Assembly (NCBI GenBank): GCA_964643995.1
Contig: CAZXUJ010000003.1
Span: forward strand, 65,927 to 129,926
Direction: 5' to 3'
Origin: an uncultured Candidatus Saccharibacteria bacterium
Lineage (GTDB): Bacteria; Patescibacteriota; WWE3; UBA101185; UBA10185
Length of the DNA stretch: 64,000 nt
Positions 24,604-32,562 of the stretch are shown piece by piece (position 1 is the first letter of the stretch; the number at the start of each line of letters is the position of its first letter). The translations under genes and the position numbers were made by a program. The notes beneath the pieces were generated by a model, which had not been told where the DNA came from, made no database searches, and saw only the letters and a list, made by a program, of their open reading frames with translations.

Positions 24604-25720
24604 TTATAGTCCAAAATCATTTATGTTTAATTCTTTATGCAACATGCTACTTTCGCTAGTAGGCGTGTTTGTTGTTGTGGTTATGTTTATTGCTGATATG
24701 CTGGTATTTTCGGTTTCTGCAGTTTTTGTTATTGTGACGTCATTCTCCGGTCTTACACTTGATGGATTACCTGCGGAGTCGAGAGCTCTTACAGCATAGT
24801 ATGGTGTTCTATCACAGTGGTCATTGTCTATCGCATCTACAAATGTGTGTTCTTCGTTTGAGCCTATATCTATGGTCTCAACCCTAGTATCCTCATAGGC
24901 CTCAACCTCGGTATTGCTTGCTCTATAGATCTCCAAATAGGACGTTTCCCATTATGCTAATAGCAAGTACACCCAATAATAGTGTCGAGATCATTGCTAA
25001 AAGGGTAGTCTTTTTAATACTGCCTAAGATTCCAGCCGCTACAAAGATTAATACCGTCAAAAAGACTGTTACAACAATTATTTACCAGATTGGGTTGGCT
25101 CCAGTGTCAGGTAATCTATGTGAAGTGCTAGCTAAGACTTCTTCTATCTCTATATCAACAGTAACTTCTGTTTTTGGGGACTTGTTTAGTCTGTCTACCT
25201 CTACTTAGACTTCGGTTCCTACAAACACTCTATCTCCTGTATTGCCCTCATTCGCTAAAATATTAACCTGCCCGAATTTACCTTGGGCCCAAGCCAGGTC
25301 GTTATAGATAACTGGGGCCACCTCACTATTGATTTTTGTTTTATACGTCAACTATAATTTCACCTAGTTCCCTGCTTCCAATAGAACAATTACCGGGAGA
25401 TGCATAGGTAGGTTCTGTGACTACTATGTCTTTTATATTTCCGTGAATATTTGAGTTAGCTGTCCACGAACTATTTAAGTACTCAAAACCTTCTGGGGGA
25501 AGATCAATCAAAGATACATCTTCCAAACTGCTTATGGCTTCAAGTTTCAGTGTATAGGTAACCTAAGTATAAGGTATATAGTTTTCCTTTAGGTTTTCTC
25601 TAGCCCAAATTCCAGGGGCACCTTGGGTGTCATAGACTCTTATTCTTGCTGGTTCTCCTGAGATAAATGTGAGAGCTACCAATAATGTAAGTCTTAAAAT
25701 TGTTTTAGGCTACTAATTCA
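24604..25720 (-). pseudogene. Fragmented, probably decayed gene for a secreted Fn3/Ig-like protein. It shows only as in-frame stops and short ORFs.
   Basis: Minus-strand reading gives a signal-peptide-like ILRLTLLVALTFISGEPARIRVYDTQGAPG then a TAG stop. Short ORFs follow (25341..25526, then one with a TTG start at 24936) containing an Fn3-like C-terminus YYAVRALDSAGNPSSV. There is no continuous frame. Confidence 0.45.
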
Positions 25721-25760
25721 ATAAGAAGAGATATATCACAAATCCTTAACTTTGGTAATC

Positions 25761-26474
25761 CTATAGCGTGTAATCTTTGCCGATAAATATTATAATATCG
25801 GTTTCAGTAGGGTTTTCACCACTTGGTAATTTGGCAATTTCCGCGTCTAGTAATGTTGAAATTTTATTCATTATGCCCGCATCGAGGCTCTTATTATTTA
25901 TCACTAGTGTTCTTTCATACTCGCTTTTTGCATTTCCAATATTGATGACCTCGAATTTAATGTTTTCGTACTCTGTGCTAAGTTTTGTACTCAAAGCAGA
26001 AGCTAATCCCTGGGTGCCTGTGCTGTTATATATGCTTACTTTTATAGGTGCTATTACACCCTCTACATTTTCTTCAGGTTTTATCTCTCCCTGTTCGGTT
26101 AGTTTTATAGTCATAGTCTCGATGATTTTGTTGCTATATGGGCGGTATAGTACTGCACGTCTAGCCTTGTTATATATGAGTAACTTGTCACCGTTTTGAG
26201 CGTGAGAAAAAAACACCTGATTATTAAGTTTTTCTACGTCCTTCACCGTGGCTATTACTGGAATCTCGTCGTAGGGAACCTCTGCTAGCATGGTTACCCG
26301 ATTTAATATTTCGGCAGTGGATATCACCTCAGCTTCTTTGCTTTTGTTGTTATTTGATTTTATCTCCTTGTAGCCAATATACCCAACCAATACTATGAAA
26401 CCTACTAATATTCCCAGAACGATCACCAAACCCGCTTTAGGAAAGCCTCTTTTTGTATTTTCAATTGAAGTCAT
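25761..26474 (-). CDS. Membrane-anchored LytR_C domain protein
   Basis: N-terminal TM helix. C-terminal VSIYNSTGTQGLASALSTKL...FEVINIGNAKS matches the LytR C-terminal domain pattern. Confidence 0.7.
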   Translation of the reverse strand: MTSIENTKRGFPKAGLVIVLGILVGFIVLVGYIGYKEIKSNNNKSKEAEVISTAEILNRVTMLAEVPYDEIPVIATVKDVEKLNNQVFFSHAQNGDKLLIYNKARRAVLYRPYSNKIIETMTIKLTEQGEIKPEENVEGVIAPIKVSIYNSTGTQGLASALSTKLSTEYENIKFEVINIGNAKSEYERTLVINNKSLDAGIMNKISTLLDAEIAKLPSGENPTETDIIIFIGKDYTL

Positions 26475-26480
26475 AGGAAG

Positions 26481-27077
26481 TTAATTATTGGTTGGGTTTT
26501 CACCTACAATAACCATCACATCGGCATCTAGAGAATTTTCGATGTCATTATCTTCTTGGAGTTCTGCATTAAGTGTAGCAATCAGGAAAGGTGCCGTTTT
26601 TTTTCCAGTGCCCGTAACAGGTACTACTACAGTTCGTTCGTACAAATCTAGCGCATCACCTGTTGATATATCTAGTTCAAACTTTGAAAAATTGGCGTCA
26701 AGATTGTCGCGCATTTCTCCGGCGACGCCTACTGAATTAGTTCCGTTTAGCACTAACACTTTCACAGGCGCTTCAATATCAATTTCCTTGTTCATAATAT
26801 TGGATTTGTAATCACTTACAACTACATTCTGAGTTTTTAAACTAGGATTGTTTCGAAATTGAACCAGCTCACTTTCAGCTGACATATACATACCATAGTA
26901 ATAAATGGCGATCAGTGAGGAGGGGAGTGCAAAAGCGATCATTATTAAAGTGTTATGTAATCTTGGGGAATGTAGATTCAAGCCATCAAGTTTAACTTTT
27001 TTAACGGGTTTTTTAATGGATGTTTTGGACTTTGGAGCAGGCATATATAAAGTATATATTGTTGAGAAAAAAATCAC
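26481..27077 (-). CDS. Membrane-anchored LytR_C domain protein (tandem paralog)
   Basis: KVLVLNGTNSVGVAGEMRDNL LytR_C-like segment. N-terminal TM helix. Confidence 0.7.
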   Translation of the reverse strand: MIFFSTIYTLYMPAPKSKTSIKKPVKKVKLDGLNLHSPRLHNTLIMIAFALPSSLIAIYYYGMYMSAESELVQFRNNPSLKTQNVVVSDYKSNIMNKEIDIEAPVKVLVLNGTNSVGVAGEMRDNLDANFSKFELDISTGDALDLYERTVVVPVTGTGKKTAPFLIATLNAELQEDNDIENSLDADVMVIVGENPTNN

Positions 27078-27139
27078 CAGATCTGCAATTTATTGTAAAA
27101 CCTATTTAGGTTGTACATAACAAATCCGGTGATTTTTTT

Positions 27140-27510
27140 ATTGTCACAGTGATAATCTATCGCTTGTATCACCAGCACCCCTGGTTCTTACAAGTCTATT
27201 TTGTGTAGTGGTGCGCGAAGGTGCGCATGCATTTGGGGCAATGCGATAAATGGGGTACCGCGTATCCACGGGACTTATGGACCCATGGCTTGGAGTGCTA
27301 CAGCATCCGCCTTTCAAGCAAATTGGTTTCTAACAGTTTGCATATGGGGAGCTGTCATACTAATTGGGATGGGATCACTGATATTAAACATTAGTGCCAT
27401 ATATGTATTACGTAGTTTAAGGCACTAGTGCTCTACCCTGTGAACTGTTTGTGGAACTGGACTTATTTATCCATTTATTTTCCACTCTCATTTCACAGGG
27501 CTTTTTTTTG
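27140..27510 (+). ncRNA. Candidate small structured RNA, ORF-poor and GC-elevated, bounded by hairpins. Identity unknown.
   Basis: Hairpin ATCACCAGAT...ATCCGGTGAT with a T-run at ~27067-27140. A terminal hairpin CCCTGTGAA...TTCACAGGG followed by CTTTTTTTTG at 27437-27510. The next gene's TATAAT follows immediately. Confidence 0.3.
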
Positions 27511-27525
27511 CTTTATAATTTTACC

Positions 27526-28311
27526 ATGGCAACATTTTCAAATCTCGAAAAAACTCTCCGCCACCCACGCATTATTAAAAATATTGCTTTACTTATGGCA
27601 AAAAGGTTTATTCCCATTTGGTTTGTGTCTTTCATAGTAATTGACTTAATTCTTAATCTTGAGCCTTTGATATGGCTTTTGAGTATTTTAAGTTACTTTA
27701 TAGTCGAACTGTTTTTTCTGCATTCTTGGTACTTTAGCCATATCCTTCCGACACACCAACGCAAACTTAAGAGTTCTATAGATCTTTACAACCAATGTGT
27801 TGCAGATCCCACGAACGCATATCTACAGGATTTCATAGAAACCATCACCGAAGACTCTGCGTGGAGTATTGTCAATTTTGGGTATATGAACTACCCAACG
27901 ATAATATGGCCTAAAGTCTATCGAGTAATTTTTAATCTTGTAGTTAAGCCGTGTGAGGTTTCTGCAGAAGATTTGTTAGTTGGTTACAATAGCTCTCGTC
28001 CCAATCTTTTAAGAGACTTAAAATATCCTTATGGTCTTACGTCTACTGACACCACGCAACGAACACAGAGTGAAGAAAAGCTTAAAACAGTGCTTTCAAA
28101 TCTTAAAGTTAAGGAAAATTATTTTCTAAAAATACTTAAAATTACTCAAGGATACATTAGTTTGCAAAAGGATTATGAGATTAATGCTTTTGCTTATGAT
28201 AACTATCTACGTGAGCTACTTAATAAGTTTGCCCAAAGTGTCAGCGTTGCGCCAGATGAGGTTTTTGACTACAGATGGGAGTCTTTAATCATTAGACACA
28301 AAAAAGTTTAA
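27526..28311 (+). CDS. Hypothetical membrane protein, possibly leaderless (TATAAT 7 nt upstream of the ATG)
   Basis: 261-aa ORF with two N-terminal TM helices. The track's longer form starts at 27451 with no better signals. Confidence 0.6.
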   Translation: MATFSNLEKTLRHPRIIKNIALLMAKRFIPIWFVSFIVIDLILNLEPLIWLLSILSYFIVELFFLHSWYFSHILPTHQRKLKSSIDLYNQCVADPTNAYLQDFIETITEDSAWSIVNFGYMNYPTIIWPKVYRVIFNLVVKPCEVSAEDLLVGYNSSRPNLLRDLKYPYGLTSTDTTQRTQSEEKLKTVLSNLKVKENYFLKILKITQGYISLQKDYEINAFAYDNYLRELLNKFAQSVSVAPDEVFDYRWESLIIRHKKV

Positions 28312-28368
28312 AATTTGCTATATTACCTTTAGAGATTACTAACCCCAACATAAAAAGGAGAAAATGCT

Positions 28369-28659
28369 ATGTCTAGTTATCAAGCCGGGTGGGAACCAAC
28401 CTGGCAGTACATTATTCGTGGAAGAGGGACGAAACCCTCAAGAGTGTTGTTTGCAGTTGTCGGAGAAAACGAGCCAATGGCTCAACCAACGAGGGGATCT
28501 GGATTGCAGTTGCAGGAAATTACAATTGACGAGTTTAAACGCCAGTTCGCTCATTTCGAGACTGCTTTAGCAGTCGTGGAGCTGGCTTTGGCCAGAGCTA
28601 AGGATCAGCGCATGCGCTTGCCCAAGGTCTTCACGGCTAATGATCTCATTGTTGTTTAG
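28369..28659 (+). CDS. Hypothetical small protein (96 aa), GC-elevated
   Basis: RBS AAAAGGAG 8 nt upstream of the ATG. The alternative frame at 28364 has 3-nt spacing and is rejected. Confidence 0.6.
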   Translation: MSSYQAGWEPTWQYIIRGRGTKPSRVLFAVVGENEPMAQPTRGSGLQLQEITIDEFKRQFAHFETALAVVELALARAKDQRMRLPKVFTANDLIVV

Positions 28660-28751
28660 TTTTTGCGCCAAAGAAGTTTACTACTGAAGAGTAGCAAATA
28701 TAAATTTCTTTGGAGCATCCCTTTTCTCATCATGTTACAATCAAGCTTGGT

Positions 28752-30371
28752 ATGTCTCTCAAAGTTTTAATCAATGGTCCAAAGGGAAGCGGTAAGTCTA
28801 CTTTGGCAAAAAACATTTATAAATTCCACCATCCTAAAGATACTTGGGTTATTTTTGATAGAGGTGTTGCCGGTGAGGAAAGACACTCTCCTCGAGTAGT
28901 TTCGAAGAAAGGTGATGCCACCCAAACTTACACCTTGGCTAATCCGTTGCTGGATGTTGTGCTGCGTATAAGAAGGTTTCTTGAGGTTCATAGATATTTC
29001 AAAGTTCTCGAATACTTCATGTTTTTAGTTACTCCGATCTATGCCTACGCGCAGTTGAACTTTTCCAAAACCATTGATGCTAAGTACTTGGTTAATGCTC
29101 AGCCACTATACTTAAGAAATCTTAAAAGACTCGGATCTTTAGCAAAAATTGGGGCACTAAGAAAACTTATGGCATGGCCGTTTCAATATGACTTTATTGT
29201 TAATGTCTCTATTAGATCAAAGGAGATATCAAAGAGGCTTCAAATACGAAAGTATGCAGAGGCGTTGCCGTACTTTGTTGAATTTGCCCGAGAAGAAATA
29301 AATTTTCAGAAGTATGTTTTGTCTAAATATTCCAATGTTGTAAACATCGATGGCTATAAGCCCTCTTATGACCTGTCCTCAGAATTTGCAGTCTACACTG
29401 AGTTAGTAGGTACTTTTTATGATGTATTAGCGAAAACGAAGCAGACATACCCAGAAACCTTTTTTATCGAGCGTCCCAACAATATCGATACTCCGGAGGT
29501 TACAAGTTATTTTGAAACCAATATTCAACCTCATGTTATCGAGCTCTTTGGTGACTCCAACACTTTTGTGAACTATGTTCTTCATTCTTATCACAGGCAA
29601 CATATATTTGTTTTTACACATGTCCTTTCTCATAACGCTGACTTCCCACTTGCTGATGAACTCGCTTCCTTAATGGTTGGAGTCTGGGGTTATTTGCTTT
29701 GGTTTGATGATGTTGTGGATAATGCGGCTACCCGCAACAATAAAGCTTCTTTAGCAGGTGTTAATACGTACAATGCAGATGCACACTTCTCTCGTGTAAA
29801 AGCATTATCCGAGGAACTTTTTGGTCGTAATCAAACTCTATGGTTATCCAAAGCTGTAAGTATAACCAAGGAATCTATGTTAAAGCATGGTTCATTGGGC
29901 TTTGATGCCCCTTATATTGATGTAGTATGTAACTACCTTGACCGTGGGTATTCATATTCTGTGTGGCCTGCTTCGATACTATCTCGAGGGTTAGGATTTC
30001 AAGATAAATTCCCCCTACATAAGTTGAATGTCTACAAACATTTTGGGGGTCAGCTGATAAACGATATTCGCGACATTAACCTTGGGAATTTTGACGATAT
30101 AAGGGTTGGTCAGGTGACAATACCTTTGTTACTTTTGCGTGACTCCTGTAGTAGCGCAGAGCGTACCAAACTTTCCTCTTTGTTCGGTCATGTTCTTGGG
30201 GAGTCCGAAAAATCCTTACTCACGAGTTTGTTTTCCAAATACAACATTCTTCAAAAGACGCAACATATAGCTAATTTCTACTTCGCTGAAGCACTGGGTA
30301 TAGTTGATAGTTCTAGTGTTATGGAACAGTCTCCTATAAAAATATGGTTGCAAGAGCGTTGCAAGAGTTAG
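28752..30371 (+). CDS. Two-domain protein. N-terminal P-loop kinase-like domain (NMP/deoxynucleoside-kinase-like). C-terminal all-helical domain with DDxxD and NDxxD motifs resembling a class I isoprenoid synthase fold. Alternative TTG start at 28710.
   Basis: Walker A LINGPKGSGKSTLAKN. DDVVD at about aa 329. QLINDIRDINLGNFDD about 116 aa later. No close family recognised by eye. Confidence 0.6.
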   Translation: MSLKVLINGPKGSGKSTLAKNIYKFHHPKDTWVIFDRGVAGEERHSPRVVSKKGDATQTYTLANPLLDVVLRIRRFLEVHRYFKVLEYFMFLVTPIYAYAQLNFSKTIDAKYLVNAQPLYLRNLKRLGSLAKIGALRKLMAWPFQYDFIVNVSIRSKEISKRLQIRKYAEALPYFVEFAREEINFQKYVLSKYSNVVNIDGYKPSYDLSSEFAVYTELVGTFYDVLAKTKQTYPETFFIERPNNIDTPEVTSYFETNIQPHVIELFGDSNTFVNYVLHSYHRQHIFVFTHVLSHNADFPLADELASLMVGVWGYLLWFDDVVDNAATRNNKASLAGVNTYNADAHFSRVKALSEELFGRNQTLWLSKAVSITKESMLKHGSLGFDAPYIDVVCNYLDRGYSYSVWPASILSRGLGFQDKFPLHKLNVYKHFGGQLINDIRDINLGNFDDIRVGQVTIPLLLLRDSCSSAERTKLSSLFGHVLGESEKSLLTSLFSKYNILQKTQHIANFYFAEALGIVDSSSVMEQSPIKIWLQERCKS

Positions 30372-30547
30372 TCTTCAGATTTCTTTTCAATTATTGTCGT
30401 AATTATTTTACTCAAATATAATTTTAACGCTATAGTAGCGGTATATAAGAAAATTGTTGACAGTACATTTTTTATATAGTAACGTTTACTTATTGAGAAA
30501 TTAATAGACTCTTTCTGCCAAACAAGAGCCAAGATCCCGCAGGAAGA

Positions 30548-30580
30548 GTGTCAACTTCTTTCGAGATGTTGGCTTTTTTT
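30548..30580 (+). terminator. Rho-independent terminator (CAACTTCT-TTCG-AGATGTTG followed by GCTTTTTTTGTTTT)
   Basis: Stem with a UUCG loop followed by a T-run. Lies 180 nt after the kinase-fusion gene. A TTGACA promoter-like element sits at 30452. Confidence 0.5.
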
Positions 30581-30639
30581 GTTTTCTGAGTGTTTGTACA
30601 AATGTACTCGGTAGTTTGTTTTTGTTTTTTGCACCTTAT

Positions 30640-31488
30640 TATTCGAATAGCCATTCTTCTAAGTCTCGAAAGAGGGTAGTAGTCCGAAAAGTATTTTTTT
30701 GACTGCTATCCTTCTTTTGAGAGTTTGCCTGCAGCTTGCTGTAGTGCCGTAAGCAGTGATGCTTCGGCTGAGTATAGTCTTGGAATTGTTTGAACTTTAT
30801 CGAGCCTGGGAGTGTCACAACTCCGATATAGCGGCTGGGTTTAGTCTCATGCTCACTGTATATTCGATTTGACCTAGTTCCGTTCTGAGCTTGCTTGCAG
30901 TTCATCTAGAAGGATGCGGTGATCGACCGCAAAGACCATATCTATGGTTTTGATCGTTCAGCTAATGTTGCTGAGCGTGCTCCGTGTACATAATGTACCG
31001 CTCCGACCAGACTGAATGAACTTCGTTGTTTTCAGCCCCCTGGTCGACCTACAGTCACGCGAAACGCTGTCATAAGTACGAACGATAACCGAAGCTTCCC
31101 TTGCGAGCGCATTGTTTTCTTAGCGTCTCGGTCATTCCTGAAGCGGGTGAAACTCTCTTGAAGCTCTGTTGCACAAAGGTGCCACTTCATCTGAAGTTTC
31201 CCCAGAAGAGGATCATGAATCTTTTCTACTTGCCCTGAAAGATAAGATTAAAAAGTAAGGTCTGCCCAAATGCACAACAAATCTTTGTGAGCATGTTCCT
31301 GCTATCAGCCTCATCTTTGTCAAACGACTTGGTTATTATGAATATTCATAGTAGTCAGATTGTTTGGCAAAGGTGGGGCTTTTTCTTTTTTTGATGGTTT
31401 GAAAAAATAGGGAATAACAAGATTTGTTATTTTTGAGACTAAGAATATACCTTAGCGCCCTGTGGATCTCAAACTTTAAACATTCAAA
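30640..31488. other. ORF-free, GC-elevated ~850 nt segment with multiple stable-tetraloop hairpin motifs. Candidate large structured ncRNA or a degraded foreign insertion.
   Basis: No ORF of 60 aa or more on either strand across 30905-31488. GC is visibly higher than the flanks. UUCG and GNRA tetraloops sit in GC stems on both strands (for example GCTTCGGC at ~30760 on plus; GCTTCGGT and CGCAAG on minus at ~31090-31110). Confidence 0.35.
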
Positions 31489-31875
31489 CTAACTCAGCTT
31501 CTCACATTTGAGAATGTTCTGAAACAATCCCACCTGTGAAAAACTACGGCCGCCAGCAACTGTTAGTCGGTAAGTCGTTTCAACCGTGAACATTTGCTGG
31601 ATTTGGATCGTCTGCCCCAAAAATTTACCGGAAAAAAGATTTGCTCCGTTATAGAGCATTTCTGTTCTTCCATTGGGGTGCATTACGGTCCAGATATCCA
31701 ACGTTCCGTTTTTGTTGTAACGCCGTTCCGTCGCAATTGCGGTCACCGTGATGGTGCGTTTACCGCGGTTTGAGTACCAGAACATCAACAGTACCAGCCC
31801 GCCAACAACAGGCGCCATGATCAAACAAGGCGCGCAAAGTATAAGCAGGCCCGTAAAAGGTCCTAAAATTTCCAT
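31489..31875 (-). CDS. Small single-TM protein (128 aa) with enterobacterial-like codon usage. Likely horizontally acquired or a contaminant.
   Basis: Strong RBS AAAAGGAGATAATGAC before the ATG. Codons CTG/GCG/CGC/ACC dominate, unlike the rest of the window. N-terminal TM helix then a soluble domain. Confidence 0.65.
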   Translation of the reverse strand: MEILGPFTGLLILCAPCLIMAPVVGGLVLLMFWYSNRGKRTITVTAIATERRYNKNGTLDIWTVMHPNGRTEMLYNGANLFSGKFLGQTIQIQQMFTVETTYRLTVAGGRSFSQVGLFQNILKCEKLS

Positions 31876-31964
31876 GTCATTATCTCCTTTTGATTTGTTT
31901 TTTGGAAACTGATTAGGTGTATATTATACGATAAATGAGTCCAGATGTAAAACTATAGGTCTAA

Positions 31965-32038
31965 TGGCAGGGGTGGCAGGAATCGAACCCGCGCAAATGG
32001 TTTTGGAGACCATTGTACTACCACTATACGACACCCCT
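31965..32038 (-). tRNA. tRNA-Trp (anticodon CCA), CCA end encoded
   Basis: 74-nt cloverleaf folded by hand: acceptor AGGGGTG/CACCCCT, anticodon stem ATGGT/ACCAT with loop CTCCAAA, T-loop TTCGATT. Confidence 0.85.
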
Positions 32039-32115
32039 ATGTATATTGCTCTTGCATTATAGAGGTGGGTGAGATTATGAGCAATATTTACTATAAAAAA
32101 TGAAAAAAGTATTTA

Positions 32116-32191
32116 TGGAGCCCACTGGCAGGATTGAACTGCCGACCTCATCCTTACCATGGATGTGCTCTACCAACTGAGCTAAGTGGGC
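32116..32191 (-). tRNA. tRNA-Thr (anticodon GGT), CCA end encoded
   Basis: 76 nt: acceptor GCCCACT/AGTGGGC, D-stem GCTC/GAGC, anticodon loop ATGGTAA, T-loop TTCAATC. Confidence 0.85.
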
Positions 32192-32286
32192 GAGAGATCA
32201 CTTGTCAAACTTACTAAGTCATCTGGTGGCGATTCGCTTCGCTATCGCACATCAGGTTGTAAGTCTCGCTTTGCTCAACAACAACC

Positions 32287-32372
32287 TGGTGCCGGAAGCA
32301 GGATTCGAACCTGCGAAGGCATAAGCCAACTGATTTACAGTCAGTCCCCTTTGGCCACTTGGGTATTCCGGC
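32287..32372 (-). tRNA. tRNA-Tyr (anticodon GTA), long variable arm, CCA end encoded
   Basis: 86 nt: acceptor GCCGGAA/TTCCGGC, anticodon stem ACTGA/TCAGT with loop CTGTAAA, class II variable arm, T-loop TTCGAAT. Confidence 0.85.
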
Positions 32373-32461
32373 ATGCGCTCGCTAAGTCATCTGGAGGCAA
32401 TTCGTCGCTACGTTCCTATTGCACCCCATCTGACTAAGCTCACGATGTTCGCTAAGTCATC

Positions 32462-32536
32462 TGGAGCCACCTGTGAGATTTGAACTCACGACCTATCCCT
32501 TACAAGAGGATTGCTCTACCCCTGAGCTAAGGTGGC
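32462..32536 (-). tRNA. tRNA-Thr (anticodon TGT), CCA end encoded
   Basis: 75 nt: acceptor GCCACCT/AGGTGGC, anticodon loop CTTGTAA, T-loop TTCAAAT. Confidence 0.85.
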
Positions 32537-32562
32537 AAACTTTGTAAATTGTAGCATACAGC

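Noticed and set aside
24918-25208. 96-aa plus-strand ORF in the decayed secreted-protein region
   Set aside because: Antisense to remnants of the Fn3/Ig-like pseudogene, with no start signals.
27140-27510. tmRNA or RNase P RNA in the GC-elevated intergenic segment
   Set aside because: There is no GGGG 5' start with a tRNA-like TTCGAATCC...CCACCA 3' end, no tag ORF ending in an Ala-Ala stop, and no GGAAAGTCCGG P4 motif. Only a generic candidate-ncRNA call was made.
28364-28570. Alternative 68-aa frame (MLCLVIKPGG...) overlapping the 96-aa small ORF
   Set aside because: Its ATG is only 3 nt from the GGAG, whereas the 28369 ATG has ideal 8-nt spacing. The product is Cys-rich nonsense-like.
30639-30905. 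88-aa minus-strand ORF in the GC-rich segment
   Set aside because: No RBS, low-complexity Gln/Lys/Ser-rich product, and it lies in a region better explained as non-coding.
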